Shown: positions 18,557 through 26,900 of the stretch, piece by piece
Position numbering within the stretch: the first letter of the stretch is position 1
Layout of the letters: the number at the start of each line of letters is the position of its first letter
Sequence record: MZ189261.1
DNA from: Escherichia phage S143_2
Strand: one strand, 5' to 3'
DNA length: 64,000 bases
Translations under genes and position numbers: made by a program
The notes under the pieces: generated by a model
Database searches by the model: none
Seen by the model: only the letters and a program-made list of their open reading frames with translations
Told to the model about the DNA's origin: nothing

Positions 18557-18769
18557 CTATTTTAAACTTTTGCGAAATTTGCGTTTTTCTTGACGAATCT
18601 GTCGTTTAGTCGGACGTACAGCAAATTTAACGAAGTCCACTTTGCCGTGTGGAAACTTTTCAGATGCTTCACAGTCCATCATTAGTTCCCATCCTTCCAG
18701 AATAAGAGCTTTCCATTGTGTAGTTGATGCAAATTCGTATGTTGATGGTTTAAACACAGTTGAATACAT
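18557..18769 (-). CDS. small protein with basic C-terminal RPTKRQIR tail
   Basis: trimmed to ATG (MYSTVF); C-terminal motif shared with 46987..47157. Confidence 0.45.
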   Translation of the reverse strand: MYSTVFKPSTYEFASTTQWKALILEGWELMMDCEASEKFPHGKVDFVKFAVRPTKRQIRQEKRKFRKSLK

Positions 18770-18770
18770 A

Positions 18771-18962
18771 TTATCCTCTGAAATCAGCTTCAAAAACTTT
18801 CTCGTCATTAACAAATGCTTTAACTAATGCTTTGTTCACTTCAGCAAGTTGTACCGCAACCCACTCGATTTCTTCACGGTCACCTGATAACATGATATCT
18901 TTAGTGAACGTATTATCATTTTTAAACCAGCCAATAAAAGTAACTTTAGTTAATTTGCTCAT
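18771..18962 (-). CDS. dmd: Dmd-like antitoxin (discriminator of mRNA degradation)
   Basis: 63 aa, FIGWFKNDNTFTK...AEVNKALVKAF...FRG pattern; start trimmed to ATG (MSKLTK). Confidence 0.6.
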   Translation of the reverse strand: MSKLTKVTFIGWFKNDNTFTKDIMLSGDREEIEWVAVQLAEVNKALVKAFVNDEKVFEADFRG

Positions 18963-19276
18963 ATTTCCTCGCAAAATGCCCATTCAGCGTGATAAACTGT
19001 AGCACCTTTAGTATTATTCATTTGAACTACATCTACCGGAGAAATTACTCGATAGAGACGTGGTTCACCTCCATAAGAGCGTGCTGCTCGTCCTGCATAA
19101 ATCTTTGCTAAACCGATATCTTCGGTAAAGAATACACGATCCAAGTTTTTCTTACGTCCTGTTTCAGACAGAACTCCTGTTTCTTCAGGAGGACAAAGCA
19201 TGTTTTCGATGTTAGCTGAACTACTTGAACCGTGATAAAAAATCTTAAATTCTGCTTTACAATCGATGGTTTTCAT
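18959..19276 (-). CDS. hypothetical protein (105 aa)
   Basis: ORF track. Confidence 0.5.
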   Translation of the reverse strand: MKTIDCKAEFKIFYHGSSSSANIENMLCPPEETGVLSETGRKKNLDRVFFTEDIGLAKIYAGRAARSYGGEPRLYRVISPVDVVQMNNTKGATVYHAEWAFCEEI

Positions 19277-19280
19277 TTTG

Positions 19281-19331
19281 TTCTCCAGTAGTTGATAGGT
19301 CTATAATAACACAACTACTGGAGAAGTAAAC
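19281..19331 (-). promoter_or_regulatory. early promoter with perfect stem-loop enclosing -10
   Basis: minus-sense GTTTAC, 17 nt, TATTATAGACCTATC; arms ttctccagtagttg / caactactggagaa. Confidence 0.6.
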
Positions 19332-19706
19332 TTAAAAACGTAATTTAGATATATCTGCGTTGATTTCGTTTTGGTTTGCGTCGTATGCAATTAAACGAAC
19401 CGCTTTAGATGGGTCATTCAATGCATAGAAATGATGGAACATTGCTCGAACGATATCACCATTTACGAGTTCTACCTGGATAGGAGAACCTTTTTCGAGT
19501 TGGAAATGTTCATAAGCTTTGATGGTTCGTAGATAATCAAGTTTTTGATTTCCAGCTCCAACTATTTGTACGATACGTTTGCCTGTGTTTTCCATACGAG
19601 ATACAATAGTTTTAGGAGCAAGAATAACGTAGGTTGCCAGCGGAGAAACTACTTCAACAGTTGTGTTTTCGGTGATTGCAGTAAAAATTGCTTGAGACAT
19701 ATTCAT
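19332..19706 (-). CDS. hypothetical protein (124 aa)
   Basis: ORF track. Confidence 0.5.
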   Translation of the reverse strand: MNMSQAIFTAITENTTVEVVSPLATYVILAPKTIVSRMENTGKRIVQIVGAGNQKLDYLRTIKAYEHFQLEKGSPIQVELVNGDIVRAMFHHFYALNDPSKAVRLIAYDANQNEINADISKLRF

Positions 19707-19735
19707 AATGTTTTCCTCTTGGTTGGTGTAAGTTC

Positions 19736-19765
19736 ATCATATCATGCCTAGAGGAAGATGTAAAC
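19736..19765 (-). promoter_or_regulatory. early promoter
   Basis: minus-sense GTTTAC, 18 nt, TATGAT. Confidence 0.45.
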
Positions 19766-19767
19766 CC

Positions 19768-19794
19768 CGAAAGGAGACCGAAGTCTCCTTTTTA
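19768..19794. terminator. hairpin ggagac-cgaa-gtctcc after gene 41
   Basis: perfect 7-bp stem with tetraloop; T-run on plus side, weaker U-tract on minus. Confidence 0.4.
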
Positions 19795-21237
19795 TTAAAA
19801 TTTTAACTCATTGGCTAAGCTATCTAGGTCAGCCCGTGTTGTTTTGGCTTTACCTACGCGTTCCGTACGATTCACCTCTGCCTGACGCATCTGAGCACCT
19901 GCGTTTTCATTTACCGTGTTAGGTGTGTTCATTCCTTCTTGCTCAATCTCAATCCATTTCTGGTTGCCTTTACGTACACCCATCAGGAATTTATTCCATT
20001 TATTCTTATCACCATATCGTGATTTGATTTGTTTGATAAGTTGTTGTTCAGCTTGTGCAAGTTCTTCGGTTTCAATTACAGCCAACATGAAATCTGCCGT
20101 TGCCGGTAAACCTGCTGATTCTGCAATATCGCTCATGTTCATATCCGAAGCATCCCATGCTGCACGTCCTACTTGAGCTGCAGTCCATAGAACTGTTTCA
20201 GATTCTACTGCTAATGCACGAAGTTCTTCTGCGATAGCTTTAACTAATGTGTAGCTATTTTCAGTATAAACTCTGATACGACAAGACCCACAAATACCTA
20301 AGTAATCAACCATGATTACGGATGGCACAAAGTTCTTCTTAAGTTTTAACTCATTAAGCAATGCACGAAATGTATTAGCATTAGCTCCACCAGTAGGATA
20401 CTGTTTAACTACTAAACGTCCTAATGTGGATTTTGAACGCCATTTTTCCATCTTGGCTTTATATTCAGCATAAGATACGTTGCCATCATCGATATCATCG
20501 AGCGATACGTCAAGCATGTTTGCATCTATACGCTTAGCACAAACTTCTTCAGCCATTTCCATGGAAATATAAAGAACATTATGACCTGTTTGAAGATAAT
20601 CTGCAGCAAGTGAACAAAGGCCTAAAGATTTACCAACGTTAACACCGGCCATTAAAACATTCAGTGTACCGGTTTCAGCACCACCTTTAGTGATTTTATT
20701 CAAAATGTTTAATTTGAACGGGACCTTACGTGCTTTGTTCAGATAAGAAAGCCAGCGTGCTTCGTAGTCTTCCATCCAGTCATGTCCAACATAACTATCA
20801 AACGAAATTGAAAGTGCTTGACGCATAATATCAGGAATAGCTCCTACGTCAGGCATTTTCTTGTTACGTTGTTCTGGAGGTAATTCAGCATTAGACTGAA
20901 TCTCAATGATTTTGGATGTAGCATTATACATCGCTTTTTGCTGGACATATTTCTCAGTTTCTTTAACCAACCATTCGTGGTCTTCAGGAGTATCAGCCAA
21001 TTTTTCAATTAGGTCTGAAGTTCCTTTATATTCGACTTCAGTTAAAGAACTGTTATCTAAAGCCACCTTTAACGCATTGATAGACGGCATTGCATTATAT
21101 TCGTTAACGTGGCTCTTTATAATTTTAAAGACATTTTTTGCCGGTCCACGCTCAAAATACTCAGAATCCATATAAGGCCAGACCTTAGAAAAATAAGCCT
21201 GGTCGTATACTAGATGAGACAAAATAATTTCTACCAC
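19795..21237 (-). CDS. 41: replicative DNA helicase gp41 (DnaB-like)
   Basis: 480 aa, Walker A GVNVGKS, DnaB-family architecture. Confidence 0.9.
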   Translation of the reverse strand: MVEIILSHLVYDQAYFSKVWPYMDSEYFERGPAKNVFKIIKSHVNEYNAMPSINALKVALDNSSLTEVEYKGTSDLIEKLADTPEDHEWLVKETEKYVQQKAMYNATSKIIEIQSNAELPPEQRNKKMPDVGAIPDIMRQALSISFDSYVGHDWMEDYEARWLSYLNKARKVPFKLNILNKITKGGAETGTLNVLMAGVNVGKSLGLCSLAADYLQTGHNVLYISMEMAEEVCAKRIDANMLDVSLDDIDDGNVSYAEYKAKMEKWRSKSTLGRLVVKQYPTGGANANTFRALLNELKLKKNFVPSVIMVDYLGICGSCRIRVYTENSYTLVKAIAEELRALAVESETVLWTAAQVGRAAWDASDMNMSDIAESAGLPATADFMLAVIETEELAQAEQQLIKQIKSRYGDKNKWNKFLMGVRKGNQKWIEIEQEGMNTPNTVNENAGAQMRQAEVNRTERVGKAKTTRADLDSLANELKF

Positions 21238-21246
21238 GATAACTCC

Positions 21247-21588
21247 TTAAAAGAATTTAAATTTTTTCTTGGTCCGTTCATTAAAAGCTTGTTGTACTTG
21301 CATTGTAACACATTTTTCAACATGTGGTGCAAGTTCTGCTTTTCTGTCTTGGTCAAGAACTGCAAAGTCCATTACGATTTTACCATCAACCCAGTCTAGT
21401 TTTGTAATATAGACTATATGATGAGAACCATCTTCAAGTGTAATCAGAATCTCTTGAATGACATTTTCCATTGCTGAACGGATAATTTTAAGAGATTCAT
21501 TAAACACTCGTTCTTTGCGAATGTCTTCCCCTTCCGAAGAAGGGGATTCATCAACGATTTCTAGATTTAAATCATCAAGATTATTCAT
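21247..21588 (-). CDS. small protein at gp40 position
   Basis: ORF track; start probably at ATG overlapping the uvsX stop. Confidence 0.4.
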   Translation of the reverse strand: MNNLDDLNLEIVDESPSSEGEDIRKERVFNESLKIIRSAMENVIQEILITLEDGSHHIVYITKLDWVDGKIVMDFAVLDQDRKAELAPHVEKCVTMQVQQAFNERTKKKFKFF

Positions 21589-22753
21589 CGAAATCTTCCA
21601 TTTCGTCAAGGTCGTTTTCTATATCTGCTGCAGACGGAGCATCAGAAGTTTTAACCGGAACTTTAGTTGTTGCTTTGCAATTAATAAGGTCGTTAACAGC
21701 GTCATCAACTTCTTTAATAGAAGAGATAGCACCTAGTTTATATTTAGTTTCAATTGCATCTCGGAAAGGTTTGTGTTTAAACAAAGGTCCCCAGAATTCT
21801 ACACAATCAGTAGCTTTAGCACGCCACGATTTCTCTTCACGAATCATTTCGCCTGTTTCTTCGTCAAGGAATTCACGAGCATACCAACCGGCTTTAGGCT
21901 TAACCACAAAACCGATTTCAGTTGCCATTTCTAACAAGCCACTGAATGGGTCAATACCACCATCGAAATTAACCGTGATTGGGAAAGTAGATTTCTCTTT
22001 AACTGTACGAGATTTTTCTGCTTTCAACGTGAAATCATAACCGGTCAATTCTGTACCTTCTTTAACCTGACGTTTAGAGATAAAGAATACAGTGTTAGCA
22101 GAATAAAGAATACCTGTACCACCACCCATAATCTCTTTAGGATATAGTCCGCCGATTTCCATTGCTGTATGGTTGATTGCAACACATGGAATATCTTTAA
22201 TAGTCAGATAAGGAGTCACAATGCGGAACAGAGATTTAAGTGCCTTAGCACGAGACATATCACCTACAACTTTCTCGTTCAACGCATCTTCGGTTTCTTT
22301 CTTAGATGCAGTATTACCGATTGAATCGATAAAGATAATAACTTTATCACCACGTTCAATCGCGTCAAGCTGATTAGTCATATCAACTTTAAGTTGTTCG
22401 ACAGATTGAATCGGAGTATGAACTACACGGTCTAAATCAACACCCATTGAACGAAAATAAGATTCTGAAGCACCAAATTCTGAATCATAGAACAAACAAA
22501 TTGCATCTTTATATTTCTTCATATATGCTGCAACCATGGTCAGCCCAAACAACGTTTTAAAGTGTTTAGAAGGAGCAGCAAAAATAGTTAAGCCTGATTG
22601 CAACCCGGCATTCAGTGCACCACCTAATGCAATATTCAACATCGGAATACGAGTAGGGACTTCATCGCGATTATTAAACAACTTAGACTTAGTCAAGTCT
22701 GCAGTCATTTTAGAAGTAGAAGCTTTAATCAGACGAGATTTTAAATCAGACAT
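21581..22753 (-). CDS. uvsX: UvsX recombinase (RecA-like)
   Basis: 390 aa, RecA-fold P-loop region, acidic C-terminus. Confidence 0.9.
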   Translation of the reverse strand: MSDLKSRLIKASTSKMTADLTKSKLFNNRDEVPTRIPMLNIALGGALNAGLQSGLTIFAAPSKHFKTLFGLTMVAAYMKKYKDAICLFYDSEFGASESYFRSMGVDLDRVVHTPIQSVEQLKVDMTNQLDAIERGDKVIIFIDSIGNTASKKETEDALNEKVVGDMSRAKALKSLFRIVTPYLTIKDIPCVAINHTAMEIGGLYPKEIMGGGTGILYSANTVFFISKRQVKEGTELTGYDFTLKAEKSRTVKEKSTFPITVNFDGGIDPFSGLLEMATEIGFVVKPKAGWYAREFLDEETGEMIREEKSWRAKATDCVEFWGPLFKHKPFRDAIETKYKLGAISSIKEVDDAVNDLINCKATTKVPVKTSDAPSAADIENDLDEMEDFDE

Positions 22754-22806
22754 TGTATTTTTCCATAGGCATCATTATATTTTACTCATGTTTAAAAGAT
22801 AAGACG

Positions 22807-22834
22807 ATTATATACTAAGGGTTATACAGCATTT
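22807..22834 (-). promoter_or_regulatory. possible MotA-box middle promoter upstream of uvsX
   Basis: minus-sense TGCTGTA, 12 nt, TATAAT. Confidence 0.3.
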
Positions 22835-22853
22835 AAAAACTTTAAACAGGCTC

Positions 22854-23402
22854 TTAACGAGCCCATTTGATAATTTCTGTAATCAAATTATTACGTTCGC
22901 TTGCATTAAATCCTATAACTTTGTTAGCACCATCATGATTAAGTAATTGATACGTTTGGATTTTGTTATGAATTGCAAACTCTTCAAAATATGAAATGAC
23001 TGTATTAAAACCAAATGAAGACAAAGTAATAAGGTCGTCTTCAAAACTTTCAGTCATTTCGTTACGTGTTAAAATAATTGTGAACACATCATGGTTTTGG
23101 CAAAGACGAACATAATCCTGTTCATAAACGTCAAGAACCGAGTCCACATCTTGTCGAATACGTCCATAAACCCAGTTACTAATATATCCACGGTCTAACA
23201 GATAAATCTTAGTAGGGTCTAAATAATTCAACATCGTTTCGAAACAGCCAACTTCATTTCGAGACTTAACATCGAAACGTCCATCAACTGTTCGTTTAGG
23301 GAAATCAATCTTTACATATCTTTCACTAATTTCCATTATGTCATTAATGAAAGTTGTTTTACCAGCATTATCCGGGCCATCTACTAAAATAATTTTAGCC
23401 AT
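22854..23402 (-). CDS. P-loop nucleotide kinase, thymidylate-kinase-like
   Basis: Walker A DGPDNAGKTT and LLDRGYIS (DRY-like); 182 aa; at the bgt position. Confidence 0.5.
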   Translation of the reverse strand: MAKIILVDGPDNAGKTTFINDIMEISERYVKIDFPKRTVDGRFDVKSRNEVGCFETMLNYLDPTKIYLLDRGYISNWVYGRIRQDVDSVLDVYEQDYVRLCQNHDVFTIILTRNEMTESFEDDLITLSSFGFNTVISYFEEFAIHNKIQTYQLLNHDGANKVIGFNASERNNLITEIIKWAR

Positions 23403-23403
23403 T

Positions 23404-24303
23404 TTATTCCTCGATTACGACATCTTCATATTTAGGTATATTATACGGTGAAGAAATTAAAGCATTAAAGTAGATGAACTCACCAAGACCTGGATGGAAT
23501 ACTTCTTCAGGATTTTCGAAATATTGAATCTTCGGACGTCCTTTAAGAATTTGATAGTACTCAGTTTTAGTTGGTTTAAAAATTCGAATCAACGCTTCTT
23601 CAGGATACTTATTTCTGTCGAAGCTATTATTTGGATCGGTTATATAAAGCGGTTGGCCTAATTGAATTGCACATTCAACCACTTGTTCAAAACGATAGCA
23701 CGGGTCACTAATTCGAAATGGATGAAAAATACCATCTAGATGAATAGGAGCCAAATCACCTACAAGACGCTGCATGATGGAAGGACGTATAACTTTCTGC
23801 GTTACGATAATCTTATTACCATCTGCACCTGCGTTAACCAGCACTTCTTTTTGACGTTCATTCAACACAGTAGTTTGAAGTGAACGATTAACCGACAACA
23901 TATCAGTTTTTAAGAATTCGTCAATATAAAAACGTGGTTTATTAGGGTCTGCAGTGATATTGAAATTGAATTCCACATCAAAAGCGCCGTCATATCCGGT
24001 GATATCTGTGATTAGAAAATCACAATCATAATAAGCAATTAATGAATCAACCACAAATTCATTTTCAGACCAGAAATATTTACGAGTGTTATACGCGTTA
24101 TCTTTATACCATAATGGAACAAACTTAAATTCTGGGAAAAGACGTTCACATTCTTTAATATCAGATGCATTACGTGGATATGTAATCACATCACCAGGAT
24201 TAGCACGGTGCAAATGAAGTTGGAAGTTGCCATCCTTAAGGATAGCGTACTGTCCAGTTTCATAAGACCGCATACTCAAGATAGGTACGCGGAAAATAGC
24301 CAT
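23404..24303 (-). CDS. hypothetical protein (299 aa) at the bgt position
   Basis: start overlaps stop of gene 42 (TAATG); no motif recognised. Confidence 0.5.
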   Translation of the reverse strand: MAIFRVPILSMRSYETGQYAILKDGNFQLHLHRANPGDVITYPRNASDIKECERLFPEFKFVPLWYKDNAYNTRKYFWSENEFVVDSLIAYYDCDFLITDITGYDGAFDVEFNFNITADPNKPRFYIDEFLKTDMLSVNRSLQTTVLNERQKEVLVNAGADGNKIIVTQKVIRPSIMQRLVGDLAPIHLDGIFHPFRISDPCYRFEQVVECAIQLGQPLYITDPNNSFDRNKYPEEALIRIFKPTKTEYYQILKGRPKIQYFENPEEVFHPGLGEFIYFNALISSPYNIPKYEDVVIEE

Positions 24304-25019
24304 TAGTCAAGGAATCCTTTAACATAATCAAAATCACGTTCAAACACATGGGCACTTACCATGGTATGAGTATAATCACCAACTTCTACACCGCATTCGT
24401 TAGCGATATAATGAAGTAATTTTCCTTGGAGATAAAAATCCAACTGCATAACAACAGCACAGTTCTGAGAACGCATATGACAGTGGGTATAAAGCTTACC
24501 ATCACGAATATAATAAGTTACTGAGTCAGTACATGGATATTCAAGCGTTTCGTCTGAATCAAGCAAAGCCTGATCAGAACTTTCTAGAATTTGGAACACA
24601 ACTCTTCGAGAGTTAGGCTTCTCTTTAAGTTCTTTTAGAAGAGCTGGTAATTGGGCCGCAATGCGAGGACCATAGAAAGTGTTGAAGTTCGCCGGCAAAA
24701 CATCTGATTTTGGTTTAGAAATAAATTTAGCGACATTAGGATATGCCTTAAACGCTTCTTCTGCGTTGGTACCACCAGAAATCATAAACTTCCAGAAGTC
24801 TTCGGCATATTCATAAGAGATGCGGTTAATACGTGGGTCAGTCATTTTGAATGATGACGGAGTGTCAACAACTACTGTCATAGACCCAATTTCATTACAA
24901 CGTCCAATACGAGAATCAGTTACGAATTCCGGGTTTTCTAAAATTTCACGATTGACTGCTTTAAATGCGGTTTGAAAATCTGCGGCTTTGATATATTTCA
25001 TTGTGTTATGTTTTCCCAT
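24303..25019 (-). CDS. 42: dCMP hydroxymethylase-like (thymidylate synthase family)
   Basis: 238 aa; EYPCTDSVTYYIRD...MRSQN resembles the catalytic-Cys region of T4 gp42; synteny. Confidence 0.65.
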   Translation of the reverse strand: MGKHNTMKYIKAADFQTAFKAVNREILENPEFVTDSRIGRCNEIGSMTVVVDTPSSFKMTDPRINRISYEYAEDFWKFMISGGTNAEEAFKAYPNVAKFISKPKSDVLPANFNTFYGPRIAAQLPALLKELKEKPNSRRVVFQILESSDQALLDSDETLEYPCTDSVTYYIRDGKLYTHCHMRSQNCAVVMQLDFYLQGKLLHYIANECGVEVGDYTHTMVSAHVFERDFDYVKGFLD

Positions 25020-25038
25020 GTTTACCTCAATACAATTT

Positions 25039-25064
25039 ATTATATACTCAATTCGTAAAGCTTA
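25039..25064 (-). promoter_or_regulatory. possible MotA-box middle promoter upstream of gene 42
   Basis: minus-sense AGCTTTA, 11 nt, TATAAT, GAGGT SD. Confidence 0.3.
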
Positions 25065-25200
25065 TTTGAATTTCTTGACAATGTTGATATAACGTAAAGC
25101 TTCAGCATCGATACTTCCAAGAACACTATGAAGAAATGCATCAGCGTAGTATTCCAATTAAACAGGTTCTTTAATCACTTTAGCCGCTTTAGTTTCAAAC

Positions 25201-25221
25201 AGGCCCATCAGGGCCTTTTTA
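25201..25221 (+). terminator. plus-strand hairpin plus T5
   Basis: aggccc-atca-gggcct followed by ttttt on plus strand. Confidence 0.3.
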
Positions 25222-25297
25222 AGAATTTGTTCGATGCTGTTAATTTTCATAGCCAAAATCTCTTCGTTAAGTTGGTGGTTAAAAGTTTTTCTAGAAA

Positions 25298-26458
25298 TCA
25301 TTCTGGGTACCTCAAAGCGTCGTCAGAGTTAGTTATATCAATAATAGATATAGAATTTTCTGATAACCCATTTTTAGATAACTGACGTTTATAATATCTT
25401 TCACAATATGTACACGTCGTCCCGCAGATTTCATTAGCACAATCGAAATCCGGATGTTTGAACCACCTTTTTTCTAAAAAGCCATCTAACAAAGAGGTTT
25501 CAATATTTACCGTATGTGAAAACTCGGTCTCATTTTCAAGAGTGAAAATGGTCTCTAAAGGCTTCCACAATTCCAACAAATTACCTTCAAATTTTTCAGA
25601 AGCATAAGCTTCAAGAACTTTCAAAATGTAGTCTGTGCTACCTGTACGTCCTGAAACTTTGAATTGAGTGATACCGATATCATTATAAAGTTTCAAATCT
25701 TGAGGACGAACAAAACGAGTTCTCAACCAGTTAAATGGGTCTGTATCACGAGCTTTAATACAGTGCTGCATTGGATATCCATTTAAGGATTTGGCATCAT
25801 CTACTGTAACATCGGTGCTATGGAAAATATAGCAAGAGTCACGATAGCTACAATGTGTTGTATACCCTTTACCAGCATTAGAGCAGAATTCATTTACGAG
25901 AACTTCAAATATTATATTGTTCTTATTACAAAACTCTGCTGCACGCTTCAGGAAAGAAACTGAACGGTTCTTATGAATTCCACAGCAGACCTTTTTGATA
26001 TTATATTGGTCATGCAAGTATTTGATTTGAGTTACAGCATCGACATGTAGAATTGTTGAAACTTCAATCTCAATGTCTTTATTGACTTCACGAACAATTT
26101 CCATAACAACAGGGTTAGCGATAGTAATACGCCATACGCCTATTGACCAAAGATACTGAACATAATCCTGAATAGCTTTCTTCTTCCACTCAACTAGTTC
26201 TCTTTTTGAACCAGGATTTATCGTGTTGAGTGTATAGTTAAAGCAAATACCTAATTCGTTACAACGTTTAACGTAATCTTCTAACATCTTTTTGTCAACG
26301 TCGGGAAGCCTAAAATCAGGTCTGGCTGCTACAAAAGCCATTTCTCTTGTAGAGCCGTATACTTCGTTTATCAAGCTATTAGGATAAGTTTTATTGAGCT
26401 CTACGATTTTATCAAGAAGAGCTAAATCAAAATTCGTTCCGATTTTAAAGGTATTCAT
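25298..26458 (-). CDS. U32-like protein with C-terminal CX3CX2C cysteine cluster
   Basis: 386 aa; EVLVNEFC...C...C resembles U32 core; C-terminal CANEICGTTCTYC. Confidence 0.5.
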   Translation of the reverse strand: MNTFKIGTNFDLALLDKIVELNKTYPNSLINEVYGSTREMAFVAARPDFRLPDVDKKMLEDYVKRCNELGICFNYTLNTINPGSKRELVEWKKKAIQDYVQYLWSIGVWRITIANPVVMEIVREVNKDIEIEVSTILHVDAVTQIKYLHDQYNIKKVCCGIHKNRSVSFLKRAAEFCNKNNIIFEVLVNEFCSNAGKGYTTHCSYRDSCYIFHSTDVTVDDAKSLNGYPMQHCIKARDTDPFNWLRTRFVRPQDLKLYNDIGITQFKVSGRTGSTDYILKVLEAYASEKFEGNLLELWKPLETIFTLENETEFSHTVNIETSLLDGFLEKRWFKHPDFDCANEICGTTCTYCERYYKRQLSKNGLSENSISIIDITNSDDALRYPE

Positions 26459-26513
26459 TTTTGCATCTCGCGTTAATTGTTGCGATGGTTTTTTGCAGGT
26501 CTTACTTAAATTA

Positions 26514-26900
26514 TTATAGATTCGGTTTATATGATTTAAATGTTTCGAATTCGCCTTTATTCATAAGAGCTTTGAATTCGTCAGGACGCATAGCTTTGTC
26601 GTCGATAATCCAATCATATACTGGTTTATGTGTTAGCAAATTATGGTACTTCAATCCAATGTTTGCCAAGTTCTGAATCAGACTTGGGAGAATGTCAATT
26701 GCTATACGACCAGGACCGACTGACTTCATACCGCGAGCAGTGTAAAGCGTTATGGTATGCCCTGCATCATACAGGGCATTAATGGCAGACACCATTTCGA
26801 CGTCTGGTTTGAAGTTCACGTAATCACGATTGTTATTCCACTCTGTTATACAATCATCGACATCAAAACAAAGATTAAGCATGTTTTTTACACGGTGCAT
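26514..26900 (-). CDS. HAD-superfamily phosphatase-like protein
   Basis: FDVDDCIT near N-terminus, TLYTARG, WIIDDKA; start overlaps upstream stop. Confidence 0.45.
   Translation of the reverse strand: MHRVKNMLNLCFDVDDCITEWNNNRDYVNFKPDVEMVSAINALYDAGHTITLYTARGMKSVGPGRIAIDILPSLIQNLANIGLKYHNLLTHKPVYDWIIDDKAMRPDEFKALMNKGEFETFKSYKPNL

Noticed and set aside
25128-25385. 85-aa plus-strand ORF in the gene 42 upstream spacer
   Set aside because: Contains a hairpin plus T-run inside it and overlaps promoter elements for minus-strand genes; no SD.
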